From a virus (Duplodnaviria; Heunggongvirae; Uroviricota; Caudoviricetes): DNA of 49,836 nucleotides. Made by a program: the position numbers and the translations under genes. The stretch spans positions 1-49,836 of IMG/VR virus record IMGVR_UViG_2563366803_000005; one strand, 5' to 3'. The notes below the pieces were generated by a model, which worked only from the letters and a program-made list of their open reading frames with translations, searched no databases and was not told where the DNA came from. Positions 34,738-45,200 of the stretch are shown here, piece after piece. Position 1 is the stretch's first letter, and the number at the start of each line of letters is the position of its first letter.

Positions 34738-37279
34738 TCTTGTTATTGACCTGAGTCTGGATGCGGTCCGTTTCGATGAGCAGATGAGCCGGGTAAGGCG
34801 TCATTTTTCAGGTCTGGATACTGACGCCAGAAAAACCGCAACTGTCGTTGAGCAGGGGCTGAGCCGCCAGGCGCTGGCTGCACAAAAAGCAGGGATTTCC
34901 GTCGGGCAGTATAAAGCGGCCATGCGAACCCTGCCCGCACAGTTTACGGATATCGCCACGCAGCTTGCCGGTGGTCAGAATCCCTGGCTGATCCTGCTGC
35001 AACAGGGCGGTCAGGTGAAGGACTCCTTCGGCGGGATGATCCCCATGTTCAGGGGGCTTGCCGGTGCGATCACCCTGCCGATGGTCGGGGTCACCTCGCT
35101 GGCGGTGGCGACAGGTGCGCTGGTGTACGCCTGGTACCAGGGAGATTCCACGCTTTCAGCGTTTAATAAAACCCTGGTTCTTTCCGGTAATCAGTCCGGA
35201 CTGACTGCCGATCGCATGCTGACGCTCTCCAGAGCCGGACAGGCCGCAGGGCTGACGTTTAACCAGGCGAGTGAGTCACTGGCAGCCATGGTGAATGCCG
35301 GTGTGCGTGGTGGTGAACAGTTTGATGCCATCAACCAGAGTGTCGCGCGTTTTGCGTCTGCATCCGGTGTGGAGGTGGACAAGGTTGCAGAGGCTTTCGG
35401 AAAACTGACCACTGACCCGACGTCGGGGCTGATTGCGATGGCGAAGCAGTTCCATAACGTGACGGCGGAGCAGATTGCGTATGTTGCTCAGTTGCAGCGT
35501 TCCGGCGATGAAACCGGGGCATTGCAGGCGGCGAACGAGGCCGCAACGAAAGGGTTTGATGACCAGACCCGCCGCCTGAAAGAGAACATGGGCACGCTGG
35601 AGACCTGGGCAGACAGGACAGCGCGGGCATTCAAATCCATGTGGGATGCGGTGCTGGATATTGGTCGTCCTGATACCGCGCAGGAGATGCTGATTAAGGC
35701 AGAGGCTGCGTTTAAGAAAGCAGACGACATCTGGAATCTGCGCAAGGATGATTATTTTGTTAACGATGAAGCGCGGGCGCGTTACTGGGATGATCGTGAA
35801 AAGGCCCGTCTTGCGCTTGAAGCCGCCCGAAAGAAGGCTGAGCAGCAGACTCAACAGGACAAAAATGCGCAGCAGCAGAGCGATACCGAAGCGTCACGGC
35901 TGAAATATACCGAAGAGGCGCAGAAGGCTTACGAACGGCTGCAGACGCCGCTGGAGAAATATACCGCCCGTCAGGAAGAACTGAACAAGGCACTGAAAGA
36001 CGGGAAAATCCTGCAGGCGGATTACAACACGCTGATGGCGGCGGCGAAAAAGGATTATGAAGCGACGCTGAAAAAGCCGAAACAGTCCGGCGTGAAGGTG
36101 TCTGCGGGCGATCGTCAGGAAGACAGTGCTCATGCTGCCCTGCTGACGCTTCAGGCAGAACTCCGGACGCTGGAGAAGCATGCCGGAGCGAATGAGAAAA
36201 TCAGCCAGCAGCGCCGGGATTTGTGGAAGGCGGAGAGTCAGTTCGCGGTACTGGAGGAGGCGGCGCAACGTCGCCAGCTGTCTGCACAGGAGAAATCCCT
36301 GCTGGCGCATAAAGATGAGACGCTGGAGTACAAACGCCAGCTGGCTGCACTTGGCGACAAGGTTACGTATCAGGAGCGCCTGAACGCGCTGGCGCAGCAG
36401 GCGGATAAATTCGCACAGCAGCAACGGGCAAAACGGGCCGCCATTGATGCGAAAAGCCGGGGGCTGACTGACCGGCAGGCAGAACGGGAAGCCACGGAAC
36501 AGCGCCTGAAGGAACAGTATGGCGATAATCCACTGGCGCTGAATAACGTCATGTCAGAGCAGAAAAAGACCTGGGCGGCTGAAGACCTGCTTCGCGGGAA
36601 CTGGATGGCAGGCCTCAGGTCCGGCTGGAGTGAGTGGGAAGAGAGTGCCACGGACAGTATGTCGCAGGTAAAAAGTGCTGCCACGCAGACCTTTGATGGT
36701 ATTGCACAGAATATGGCGGCGATGCTGACCGGCAGTGAGCAGAACTGGCGCAGCTTCACCCGCTCCGTGCTGTCCATGATGACAGAAATTCTGCTTAAGC
36801 AGGCAATGGTGGGGATTGTCGGGAGTATCGGCAGCGCTATTGGCGGGGCTGTTGGTGGTGGCGCATCCGCGTCAGGCGGTACAGCCATTCAGGCAGCTGC
36901 GGCGAAATTCCATTTTGCGACCGGAGGATTTACGGGAACCGGCGGCAAATATGAGCCAGCGGGGATTGTCCACCGCGGGGAGTTTGTCTTCACGAAGGAG
37001 GCAACCAGCCGGATTGGTGTCGGGAACCTGTACCGCCTGATGCGGGGCTATGCGGAAGGGGGGTATGTGGGTGCTGCCGGAAGTCCGGCGCAGATGCGGC
37101 GGGCCGAAGGCATTAATTTTAATCAGAACAATCACGTGGTGATTCAGAACGACGGTATCAACGGACAGGCCGGGCCGCAGCTGATGAAAGCGGTGTATGA
37201 GATGGCCCGTAAAGGTGCGCAGGATGAGCTCCGGCTGCAGTTGCGTGATGGCGGTCTGTTATCGGGGAGCGGGCGATGA
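34718..37279 (+). CDS. H: Tail tape-measure protein gpH
   Basis: 853 aa, the same length as lambda H; coiled-coil-rich, Gly-rich C-terminal region. Confidence 0.9.
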   Translation: MSQPVGDLVIDLSLDAVRFDEQMSRVRRHFSGLDTDARKTATVVEQGLSRQALAAQKAGISVGQYKAAMRTLPAQFTDIATQLAGGQNPWLILLQQGGQVKDSFGGMIPMFRGLAGAITLPMVGVTSLAVATGALVYAWYQGDSTLSAFNKTLVLSGNQSGLTADRMLTLSRAGQAAGLTFNQASESLAAMVNAGVRGGEQFDAINQSVARFASASGVEVDKVAEAFGKLTTDPTSGLIAMAKQFHNVTAEQIAYVAQLQRSGDETGALQAANEAATKGFDDQTRRLKENMGTLETWADRTARAFKSMWDAVLDIGRPDTAQEMLIKAEAAFKKADDIWNLRKDDYFVNDEARARYWDDREKARLALEAARKKAEQQTQQDKNAQQQSDTEASRLKYTEEAQKAYERLQTPLEKYTARQEELNKALKDGKILQADYNTLMAAAKKDYEATLKKPKQSGVKVSAGDRQEDSAHAALLTLQAELRTLEKHAGANEKISQQRRDLWKAESQFAVLEEAAQRRQLSAQEKSLLAHKDETLEYKRQLAALGDKVTYQERLNALAQQADKFAQQQRAKRAAIDAKSRGLTDRQAEREATEQRLKEQYGDNPLALNNVMSEQKKTWAAEDLLRGNWMAGLRSGWSEWEESATDSMSQVKSAATQTFDGIAQNMAAMLTGSEQNWRSFTRSVLSMMTEILLKQAMVGIVGSIGSAIGGAVGGGASASGGTAIQAAAAKFHFATGGFTGTGGKYEPAGIVHRGEFVFTKEATSRIGVGNLYRLMRGYAEGGYVGAAGSPAQMRRAEGINFNQNNHVVIQNDGINGQAGPQLMKAVYEMARKGAQDELRLQLRDGGLLSGSGR

Positions 37280-37605
37280 AAACATTTCGCTGGAAAGTGA
37301 AGCCGGATATGGAGGTGAACTCGCAGCCATCGGTGCGTGAAGTGCGTTTTGGTGACGGGTACTCACAGCGTATGGCGGCAGGGCTGAATGCTGACCTGAA
37401 AACATACAGGGTGACGCTTTCCGTGACCCGGGAGGAGGCCCGGCATCTGGAAGCGTTCCTGGCAGAGCACGGTGGCTGGAAGGCATTTTTGTGGAAGCCA
37501 CCCTATGCATACCGGCAGATAAAGGTGACCTGTGCCGGGTGGTCTGCGCGGGTCGGGATGTTGCGCGTTGAGTTCAGCGCGGAGTTTAAGCAGGTGGTGA
37601 ACTGA
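37276..37605 (+). CDS. M: Minor tail protein gpM
   Basis: 109 aa, the lambda M size and position. Confidence 0.9.
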   Translation: MKTFRWKVKPDMEVNSQPSVREVRFGDGYSQRMAAGLNADLKTYRVTLSVTREEARHLEAFLAEHGGWKAFLWKPPYAYRQIKVTCAGWSARVGMLRVEFSAEFKQVVN

Positions 37606-38303
37606 TGCAGGATATTCGCGAAGAAAGTCTGAACGAGTCGGTTAAGTCAGAGCAGTCACCGCGGGTGGTACTCTGGGAAATCGACCTGACGGTACAGGGC
37701 GGTGAGCGGTATTTTTTCTGTAATGAGCTGAATGAAAAAGGGGAGCCGGTCACCTGGCAGGGGCGGCAATATCAGGCATACCCGATTGACGGCAGCGGTT
37801 TTGAGATGAGCGGGAAGGGCAGCAGTGCCAGACCGTCGCTGACGGTGTCCAATCTGTTCGGTCTGGTCACCGGGATGGCGGAAGACCTGCAGAGTCTGGT
37901 GGGGGCCACGGTGGTCCGCCGCCGGGTGTATGCCCGTTTTCTGGATGCGGTGAATTTCGTTGCGGGCAATCCGGCGGCGGACCCGGAGCAGGAGCTGAGT
38001 GACCGCTGGGTGGTGGAGCAGATGTCGCAGCTGACAGCCATGACGGCCTCGTTTGTGCTGGCCACACCGACCGAGACGGACGGGGCGCTGTTTCCCGGTC
38101 GTATCATGCTGGCGAACACCTGTATGTGGACCTACCGCTCTGATGAGTGTGGTTACACGGGCGGGGCTGTGGCGGATGAGTTCGATAAACCCACCACGGA
38201 TATCCGTAAGGACAGATGCAGCAAGTGCATGCGCGGGTGTGAACTGCGCAGGAATGTCGGCAATTTTGGCGGTTTCCTTTCCATTAATAAACTTTCGCAG
38301 TAA
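37605..38303 (+). CDS. L: Minor tail protein gpL
   Basis: 232 aa, the lambda L size; Cys cluster near C-terminus (CSKCMRGCELRRN). Confidence 0.9.
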   Translation: MQDIREESLNESVKSEQSPRVVLWEIDLTVQGGERYFFCNELNEKGEPVTWQGRQYQAYPIDGSGFEMSGKGSSARPSLTVSNLFGLVTGMAEDLQSLVGATVVRRRVYARFLDAVNFVAGNPAADPEQELSDRWVVEQMSQLTAMTASFVLATPTETDGALFPGRIMLANTCMWTYRSDECGYTGGAVADEFDKPTTDIRKDRCSKCMRGCELRRNVGNFGGFLSINKLSQ

Positions 38304-38313
38304 ATCCCGGTTT

Positions 38314-39057
38314 ATGACACAGACTGAATCAGCGATTCTGGCGCATGCCCGGCGGTGTGCGCCTGCGGAGGCGTGCGGCTTCGTGATAAGCACGCCGGAG
38401 GGGGAGTGGTATATCCCTTGTGTGAATATTTCTGCAGAGCCGGAGGCGTATTTTCGTATCGCACCGGAAGACTGGCTGCGGGCAGAGATGCAGGGGGAGA
38501 TTGTGGCACTGGTCCACAGTCATCCCGGTGGGCTGCCCTGGCTGAGCGAGGCTGACCGGCGGCTGCAGATAAAAAGCGCACTGCCCTGGTGGCTGGTCTG
38601 CCGGGGTGACATTCACAAATTCCGCTGTGTGCCACATCTGACAGGGCGGCGCTTTGAGCACGGGGTGACGGACTGTTACACGCTGTTCCGGGATGCTTAT
38701 CATCTGGCGGGGACTGAAATGCCGGATTTTCATCGCGAGGATGACTGGTGGCGCAACGGCCAGAACCTGTACCTGGACAATATGGCGGTCACCGGCTTTT
38801 ACCGGGTGCCCCTGTCCTCTGCACAGCCGGGCGATATCCTGCTGTGCTGCTTCGGCGCATCGGTGGCTAATCATGCCGCCATTTACTGCGGCAACGGTGA
38901 ACTGCTTCACCATATTCCTGAACAACTGAGTAAACGGGAGAGGTATTCCGAAAAATGGCAACGACGAACGCATTCTGTCTGGCGTCACCGCCACTGGCAC
39001 GCATCTGCCTTCACGGGGATTTGCAACGATTTGGCCGCCGCCTCAGCCTGTATGTGA
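38314..39057 (+). CDS. K: Tail assembly protein gpK (JAB/MPN plus NlpC/P60-like)
   Basis: 247 aa from ATG 38314 (MTQTESAILAHARRC…); HSHPGG metal-binding motif and Cys/His context. Confidence 0.85.
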   Translation: MTQTESAILAHARRCAPAEACGFVISTPEGEWYIPCVNISAEPEAYFRIAPEDWLRAEMQGEIVALVHSHPGGLPWLSEADRRLQIKSALPWWLVCRGDIHKFRCVPHLTGRRFEHGVTDCYTLFRDAYHLAGTEMPDFHREDDWWRNGQNLYLDNMAVTGFYRVPLSSAQPGDILLCCFGASVANHAAIYCGNGELLHHIPEQLSKRERYSEKWQRRTHSVWRHRHWHASAFTGICNDLAAASACM

Positions 39058-39635
39058 ACACGGCAGCGGAAGCCATTCGCGCCCTGTCGATGCAGATGCC
39101 GGGCTTTCGCCGTCAGATGAACGAAGGCTGGTACCAGATACGTATTGCCGGTGATGACACGGCACCGGAGGCGGTGTATGCCCGTCTTCACGAACAGCTG
39201 GGTGAGGGAACGGTCATCCACATTGTGCCGCGACTGGCCGGGGCCGGAAAGGGTGGACTGCAGATTGTGCTGGGGGCGGCAGCCATCGTGGGCTCTTTCT
39301 TCACGGCCGGAGGCTCGATGGCGTTATGGGGTACAGCCCTGAGTGCCGGTGGTTTTTCTGCCACCACGATGCTGTTTTCACTGGGTGCCAGCATGATACT
39401 GGGCGGAGTGGCCCAGATGCTGGCCCCGAAGGCAAAAACACCGGATTACCGCGCAACGGATAACGGCAGACAGAACACGTACTTTTCCTCGCTGGATAAC
39501 ATGATTGCCCAGGGGAACCCGATGCCGGTGCCTTACGGGGAAATGCTGGTTGGCTCCCGCCGTATATCCCAGGACATCAGCACCCGTGATGAAGGCGGGG
39601 GCGGAAAGGTCGTGGTTATCGGGCGGCAGGGGTAA
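38955..39635 (+). CDS. I: Tail assembly protein gpI
   Basis: 226 aa; collinear with lambda I (…ARICLHGDLQRFGRR…, …KGGLQIVLGAAAIVGSFFTAG…, …NTYFSSLDNMIAQGNPMPVPYGEM…). Confidence 0.85.
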   Translation: MATTNAFCLASPPLARICLHGDLQRFGRRLSLYVNTAAEAIRALSMQMPGFRRQMNEGWYQIRIAGDDTAPEAVYARLHEQLGEGTVIHIVPRLAGAGKGGLQIVLGAAAIVGSFFTAGGSMALWGTALSAGGFSATTMLFSLGASMILGGVAQMLAPKAKTPDYRATDNGRQNTYFSSLDNMIAQGNPMPVPYGEMLVGSRRISQDISTRDEGGGGKVVVIGRQG

Positions 39636-39978
39636 AAAGAATAAAAAAATCCCGCAGTGATCGCGGACAGGAACTGCGGGAGAGTTACGAAGATTAAGTG
39701 TAAGGAATTATTCTTATATCACGACAAAAAAATTAACGCAGAGAAATTATACGCGCCACAGTCAGTTTGTGAAAATGTGAAGATATTCAGAATTTTTATG
39801 CCATTACCGGTTTTAACCAACAGGATTATCGGTGGGCATGAAAGAAAACCCCGGTATCTGCTGATACCGGGGTTTCTCTTTAGCATGGCAGAAATGTGTT
39901 TCATGCTTTTCGGGCGAAGGATATCCGACTTCTGTACGGAATGGCAAGTGGCGGTTAATTTATTCAGGGGAAGGCTGT

Positions 39979-42900
39979 ATGGGAAAAGGTGGCGGTAAGG
40001 CACACACGCCTCGTGAGGCGAAGGATAATCTCAAATCCACGCAGATGATGAGCGTGATTGATGCGATTGGTGAGGGACCGATAGAAGGTCCGGTGAAGGG
40101 ACTGCAGAGTATCCTGGTGAACAAAACCCCGCTGACTGACACGGACGGTAATCCCGTGATACACGGTGTGACGGCGGTCTGGCGCGCCGGGGAGCAGGAG
40201 CAGACACCACCGGAAGGCTTTGAGTCCTCCGGTGCTGAAACCGGACTGGGCGTGGAAGTGACGAAGGCAAAACCGGTGACGCGCACCATTACGTCCGCGA
40301 ACATTGACCGCCTGCGGGTTACCTTCGGGGGGCAGTCACTGGTGGAGACCACCTCAAAGGGTGACCGTAACCCGGCATCCGTCCGCCTGCTGATTCAGTT
40401 ACAGCGTAACGGTAACTGGGTGACAGAAAAGGACGTCACCATTAACGGCAAGACCACCTCACAGTTCCTGGCCTCGGTGATTCTGGATAATCTGCCTCCC
40501 CGGCCCTTTAACATCCGGATGGTCAGGGAGACGGCGGACAGCACCACGGACCAGCTGCAGAATAAGACGCTGTGGTCGTCATACACCGAAATCATCGATG
40601 TGAAACAGTGCTACCCGAACACGGCCATTGTGGGGCTGCAGGTGGATGCGGAGCAGTTCGGCGGCCAGCAGATGACGGTGAACTACCATATCCGCGGTCG
40701 CATCATCCAGGTGCCGTCAAACTATGACCCGGAAAAACGCACGTACAGTGGTATCTGGGACGGCAGTCTGAAACCGGCATACAGCAACAATCCGGCCTGG
40801 TGTCTGTGGGACATGCTGACTCACCCGCGCTACGGCATGGGAAAACGTCTGGGGGCGGCGGATGTGGACAAGTGGGCGCTGTATGCCATCGGGCAGTACT
40901 GCGACCAGATGGTGCCGGATGGCTTCGGGGGCACCGAGCCGCGGATGACCTTCAATGCGTACCTGGCACAACAGCGTAAGGCGTGGGATGTTCTCAGTGA
41001 TTTCTGCTCGGCGATGCGCTGTATGCCGGTATGGAACGGCCAGATGCTGACGTTCGTTCAGGACCGCCTGTCGGATGTGGTGTGGCCGTACACCAACAGC
41101 GATGTGGTGGTGGATGATAACGGCGTGGGGTTCCGCTACAGCTTCAGTGCCCTGAAGGACCGGCACACGGCGGTGGAGGTGAATTACACCGACCCGCAGA
41201 ACGGCTGGCAGACCTCCACGGAACTGGTGGAAGACCCGGAAGCCATACTGCGCTACGGGCGCAATCTGCTGAAGATGGACGCGTTCGGCTGTACCAGCCG
41301 CGGTCAGGCCCACCGTGCCGGACTGTGGGTGATAAAGACCGAACTGCTGGAAACGCAGACGGTGGACTTCACGCTCGGGTCTCAGGGGCTGCGGCACACA
41401 CCCGGTGACATTATTGAAATCTGTGATAATGACTATGCCGGGACCCTGACCGGCGGACGTGTCCTGTCCATTGATGCTGCCACCCGCACCCTGACGCTGG
41501 ACCGTGAGGTTACCCTGCCGGAGACAGGTACATCGGCGGTGAACCTGATTAACGGCAGCGGTAAGCCGGTGAGTGTGGACATCACCGCACACCCCGCGCC
41601 GGACCGGATACAGGTCAGTACCCTGCCTGATGGTGTGGAGACATACGGGGTGTGGGGACTCTCCCTGCCGTCACTGCGCCGTCGCCTGTTCCGCTGTGTC
41701 TCCGTCCGGGAAAACACGGACGGCACCTTTGCCATCACGGCGGTGCAGCACGTACCGGAAAAAGAAGCCATCGTGGATAACGGTGCCCGCTTTGAGCCGC
41801 AGTCAGGTTCCCTGAACAGCGTCATCCCACCGGCAGTGCAGCACCTGACGGTGGAGGTGAGCGCAGCTGACGGCCAGTATCTGGCGCAGGCGAAATGGGA
41901 CACGCCGCGGGTGGTGAAGGGTGTGCGCTTCAGTCTGCGTCTGACCAGCGGAAGCGGAGAAGACAGCCGTCTGGTGAGCACCGCCAGCACCGCAGACACG
42001 GAGCACCGTTTCAGCGGCCTGCCACTGGGGGAATACACCCTGACGGTCAGGGCGATTAACAGTTATGGCCAGCAGGGCGAACCGGCCACCACCACGTTCA
42101 GGATTAACGCACCTGCAAAACCCGCCACCATTGAGCTGACGCCGGGGTATTTTCAGATAACGGCGGTCCCGCGTCTTGCGGTGTATGACCCGACGGTACA
42201 GTTTGAATTCTGGTTCTCAGAAAAACGCATCACGAACACAGCACAGGTGGAAAAATCTGCCCGTTATCTGGGGACCGGCAGTCAGTGGACTGTCCATGGG
42301 AGCCGGATTAAGCCGGGGACGGATTTCTGGTTTTACGTGCGAAGCGTCAACCTGGTGGGAAAATCTGCTTTTGTGGAAGCCAGCGGGCAGCCCAGCAATG
42401 ATGGTGAAGGGTATCTGGAAATTTTCCGGGGGCTGATAGATGAGACGCTTCTGGGCCAGGCACTGAAAGAGCGCATTGATGCTTCAGCGCTGCGTACGGA
42501 GGTCACGCAACTGGAAGAAGACATCCGTCAGCGGATGGACACGGATATCGCAGAAGTGACCCGGAAAATCGGGAAGGCGGAAAACAGCCTCACGCAGCTG
42601 GTTGCGAAAAAGAATGAGGACCAGACACTGGCCATCGCGCAGGTGAGCCAGAAAGTGGACCGGGTGAGCAGTGAAATCTCACAGACTGTCAGCCAGGGGC
42701 AGTCAGAAAACGCCCGACAGATAGCACAGGTCCGCCAGTACGTGGATAAAAAAGGGAGTGAAATTACCTCGACCACGGATAAAAAGCTGGGTGACCAGGC
42801 CGTGACCATACAGCAAATCCAGCGGGTTCAGTCAGACACGCGCAATGAGCTGAATGCCATGTATATGCTGAAGGTGCAGAAAACAAAAAACGGTATTCCC

Positions 42901-43671
42901 TATGTGGCCGGGATTGGCGCGGGGATTGAGGATGTTGATGGTCAGACGCTGAGCAGTATTCTGCTGCAGGCGGACCGTATCGCGATGATTACCCCGGAGA
43001 ACGGCAACACCACGCCGCTGTTTGTGGCGCAGGGGAATCAGCTGTTCATGAACGACGTGTTCCTGAAGCGACTGTTTGCGGTGAGCATCACGTCATCCGG
43101 CAATCCTCCTACGTTTTCCCTGACGCCGGATGGCAGGCTGACAGCCCGCAATGCGGATATCAGTGGAGCCATCACGGCGAATACCGGCACGCTCAATAAT
43201 GTCACCATTAACGAGAACTGTGTCATCAGAGGGAAACTGTCTGCAAACCAGATTGAAGGCGATCTCGTTAAAACAGTGGGTAAGGTTTTCCCCCGTGACT
43301 CCCGTGCACCGGAGCGTTGGCCATCAGGAACCATTACCGTCAGGGTTTATGACGATCAGCCGTTTAACCGGCAGATTGTTATTCCGGCGGTGGCTTTCAG
43401 CGGTGCCAGACATGAGCGGGAGAACAGCGATACTTATTCGTCATGCCGCCTGATAGTACGGAAAAACGGTGCTGAAATTTATAACCGTACCGCGCTGGAT
43501 AATACGCTGATTTACAGTGGTGTTATTGATATGCCTGCTGGTCGCGGCCACATGACGCTGGAGTTTTCTGTATCAGCATGGTGGGTAAATGGCTGGTATC
43601 CCACAGCAAGTATCAGCGATTTGCTGGTTGTTGTGATGAAGAAAGCCACTGCAGGCATCACGATTAGCTGA
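39979..43671 (+). CDS. J: Tail tip / host-specificity protein gpJ
   Basis: 1230 aa; N-terminal about 900 aa collinear with lambda J ([22 protein letters not shown]…); carries an extra coiled-coil segment (about aa 830-960) relative to lambda J. Confidence 0.95.
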   Translation: MGKGGGKAHTPREAKDNLKSTQMMSVIDAIGEGPIEGPVKGLQSILVNKTPLTDTDGNPVIHGVTAVWRAGEQEQTPPEGFESSGAETGLGVEVTKAKPVTRTITSANIDRLRVTFGGQSLVETTSKGDRNPASVRLLIQLQRNGNWVTEKDVTINGKTTSQFLASVILDNLPPRPFNIRMVRETADSTTDQLQNKTLWSSYTEIIDVKQCYPNTAIVGLQVDAEQFGGQQMTVNYHIRGRIIQVPSNYDPEKRTYSGIWDGSLKPAYSNNPAWCLWDMLTHPRYGMGKRLGAADVDKWALYAIGQYCDQMVPDGFGGTEPRMTFNAYLAQQRKAWDVLSDFCSAMRCMPVWNGQMLTFVQDRLSDVVWPYTNSDVVVDDNGVGFRYSFSALKDRHTAVEVNYTDPQNGWQTSTELVEDPEAILRYGRNLLKMDAFGCTSRGQAHRAGLWVIKTELLETQTVDFTLGSQGLRHTPGDIIEICDNDYAGTLTGGRVLSIDAATRTLTLDREVTLPETGTSAVNLINGSGKPVSVDITAHPAPDRIQVSTLPDGVETYGVWGLSLPSLRRRLFRCVSVRENTDGTFAITAVQHVPEKEAIVDNGARFEPQSGSLNSVIPPAVQHLTVEVSAADGQYLAQAKWDTPRVVKGVRFSLRLTSGSGEDSRLVSTASTADTEHRFSGLPLGEYTLTVRAINSYGQQGEPATTTFRINAPAKPATIELTPGYFQITAVPRLAVYDPTVQFEFWFSEKRITNTAQVEKSARYLGTGSQWTVHGSRIKPGTDFWFYVRSVNLVGKSAFVEASGQPSNDGEGYLEIFRGLIDETLLGQALKERIDASALRTEVTQLEEDIRQRMDTDIAEVTRKIGKAENSLTQLVAKKNEDQTLAIAQVSQKVDRVSSEISQTVSQGQSENARQIAQVRQYVDKKGSEITSTTDKKLGDQAVTIQQIQRVQSDTRNELNAMYMLKVQKTKNGIPYVAGIGAGIEDVDGQTLSSILLQADRIAMITPENGNTTPLFVAQGNQLFMNDVFLKRLFAVSITSSGNPPTFSLTPDGRLTARNADISGAITANTGTLNNVTINENCVIRGKLSANQIEGDLVKTVGKVFPRDSRAPERWPSGTITVRVYDDQPFNRQIVIPAVAFSGARHERENSDTYSSCRLIVRKNGAEIYNRTALDNTLIYSGVIDMPAGRGHMTLEFSVSAWWVNGWYPTASISDLLVVVMKKATAGITIS

Positions 43672-43738
43672 ATTTTATAACCCCAATACGGGCGCCAGAA
43701 ATGGCGCCTTTTTTATTGCAGAAAAGCGAGAGGTAATT

Positions 43739-44338
43739 ATGCGTAAAGTTTGTGCAGCCATTTTGTCCGCAGCCATCTGTCTGTCCGTATCCGGTGCGCC
43801 TGCATGGGCGTCTGAACATCAGTCCACACTGAGCGCGGGGTATCTTCATGCCCGTACGAACGCTCCCGGCAGCGATAATCTGAACGGGATTAACGTGAAA
43901 TACCGTTATGAGTTTACGGACGCGCTGGGGCTGATTACGTCCTTCAGTTATGCCAATGCTGAGGATGAGCAAAAAACGCACTACAGCGATACCCGCTGGC
44001 ATGAAGATTCCGAGCGTAACCGCTGGTTCAGCGTGATGGCAGGGCCGTCTGTACGCGTGAATGAATGGTTCAGCGCGTATGCGATGGCGGGTGTGGCTTA
44101 CAGCCGTGTGTCGACTTTCTCCGGGGATTATCTCCGCGTAACTGACAACAAGGGGAAAACGCACGATGTGCTGACCGGAAGTGATGACGGTCGCCACAGC
44201 AACACGTCTCTGGCGTGGGGGGCTGGCGTGCAGTTTAACCCGACCGAATCCGTAACCATTGACCTTGCTTATGAAGGTTCCGGTAGTGGCGACTGGCGAA
44301 CGGATGCATTTATTGTTGGTATCGGATACCGTTTCTGA
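43739..44338 (+). CDS. lom: Outer-membrane protein Lom (Ail/PagC/Lom family)
   Basis: 199 aa; signal peptide and beta-barrel pattern ending …IVGIGYRF. Confidence 0.85.
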   Translation: MRKVCAAILSAAICLSVSGAPAWASEHQSTLSAGYLHARTNAPGSDNLNGINVKYRYEFTDALGLITSFSYANAEDEQKTHYSDTRWHEDSERNRWFSVMAGPSVRVNEWFSAYAMAGVAYSRVSTFSGDYLRVTDNKGKTHDVLTGSDDGRHSNTSLAWGAGVQFNPTESVTIDLAYEGSGSGDWRTDAFIVGIGYRF

Positions 44339-44442
44339 CAACAGACGCCGATTTATCTTCTGTAAATATTGTTATGATACGCAGGTTCATCCACCTTATG
44401 GGGTGAACTGCGTTTGAGGAAACGTAAAGTTACACTGTCCTG

Positions 44443-44476
44443 AAGCCCGTGGCGTCACTGCTGCGGGCTTTTTTGT
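44443..44476 (+). terminator. Rho-independent terminator after lom
   Basis: AGCCCG-loop-CGGGCT followed by T6. Confidence 0.55.
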
Positions 44477-44477
44477 G

Positions 44478-45185
44478 CACAGAAAACCCCCAGCTAGGCT
44501 GGGGGTTCCGGAAAGCTTTCAGCTTTAAGCCAGTTATTAAAACCCCTTTTGATTTGTTAAAACACCTTGCGGTCTGGCAACTGCAAGTGTCAAACAAGAA
44601 ATCAAAAGGGGGTCCCAATGGGGAACGAAAAGAGCTTAGCGCACACCCGATGGAACTGTAAATATCACATAGTTTTTGCGCCAAAATACCGAAGACAGGT
44701 GTTCTACAGAGAGAAGCGTAGAGCAATAGGCAGTATTTTGAGAAAGCTGTGTGAGTGGAAAAGTGTACGGATTCTGGAAGCTGAATGCTGTGCAGATCAT
44801 ATCCATATGCTTGTGGAGATCCCGCCCAAAATGAGCGTATCCGGCTTTATGGGATATCTGAAAGGGAAAAGCAGTCTGATGCTTTACGAGCAGTTTGGTG
44901 ATTTGAAATTCAAATACAGGAACAGGGAGTTCTGGTGCAGAGGGTACTACGTCGATACGGTGGGTAAGAACACGGCGAAGATACAGGATTACATAAAGCA
45001 CCAGCTTGAAGAGGATAAAATGGGAGAGCAGTTATCGATTCCCTATCCGGGCAGCCCGTTTACGGGCCGTAAGTAACGAAGTTGGATGCAAATGTCAGAT
45101 CGTGTGCGCCTGTTAGGGCGCGGCTGGTAAGAGAGCCTTATAGGCGCATTTGAAAAACCTCCGGCTATGCCGGAGGATATTTATT
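44478..45185 (+). mobile_element. IS200-family insertion sequence (about 0.7 kb, boundaries approximate)
   Basis: Single tnpA gene flanked by terminal hairpins: left CCCCCAGC-TAG-GCTGGGGG (44487-44505), right CCTCCGG-CTATG-CCGGAGG (45158-45176). Lies between lom and stf. Confidence 0.6.
44618..45076 (+). CDS. tnpA: IS200/IS605-family transposase TnpA (Y1 HUH)
   Basis: 152 aa (MGNEKSLAHTRWNCKYHIVFAPKYRR…HIHMLVEIPP…RNREFWCRGYYVDTVG…); HxH and catalytic Tyr motifs. Confidence 0.85.
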   Translation: MGNEKSLAHTRWNCKYHIVFAPKYRRQVFYREKRRAIGSILRKLCEWKSVRILEAECCADHIHMLVEIPPKMSVSGFMGYLKGKSSLMLYEQFGDLKFKYRNREFWCRGYYVDTVGKNTAKIQDYIKHQLEEDKMGEQLSIPYPGSPFTGRK

Positions 45186-45200
45186 TATTGGTGGAAAAGT

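Noticed and set aside
35276-38393. Multiple minus-strand ORFs of 85-245 aa within H, L and K
   Set aside because: All are antisense to lambda-collinear tail genes and have R/P-rich low-complexity translations.
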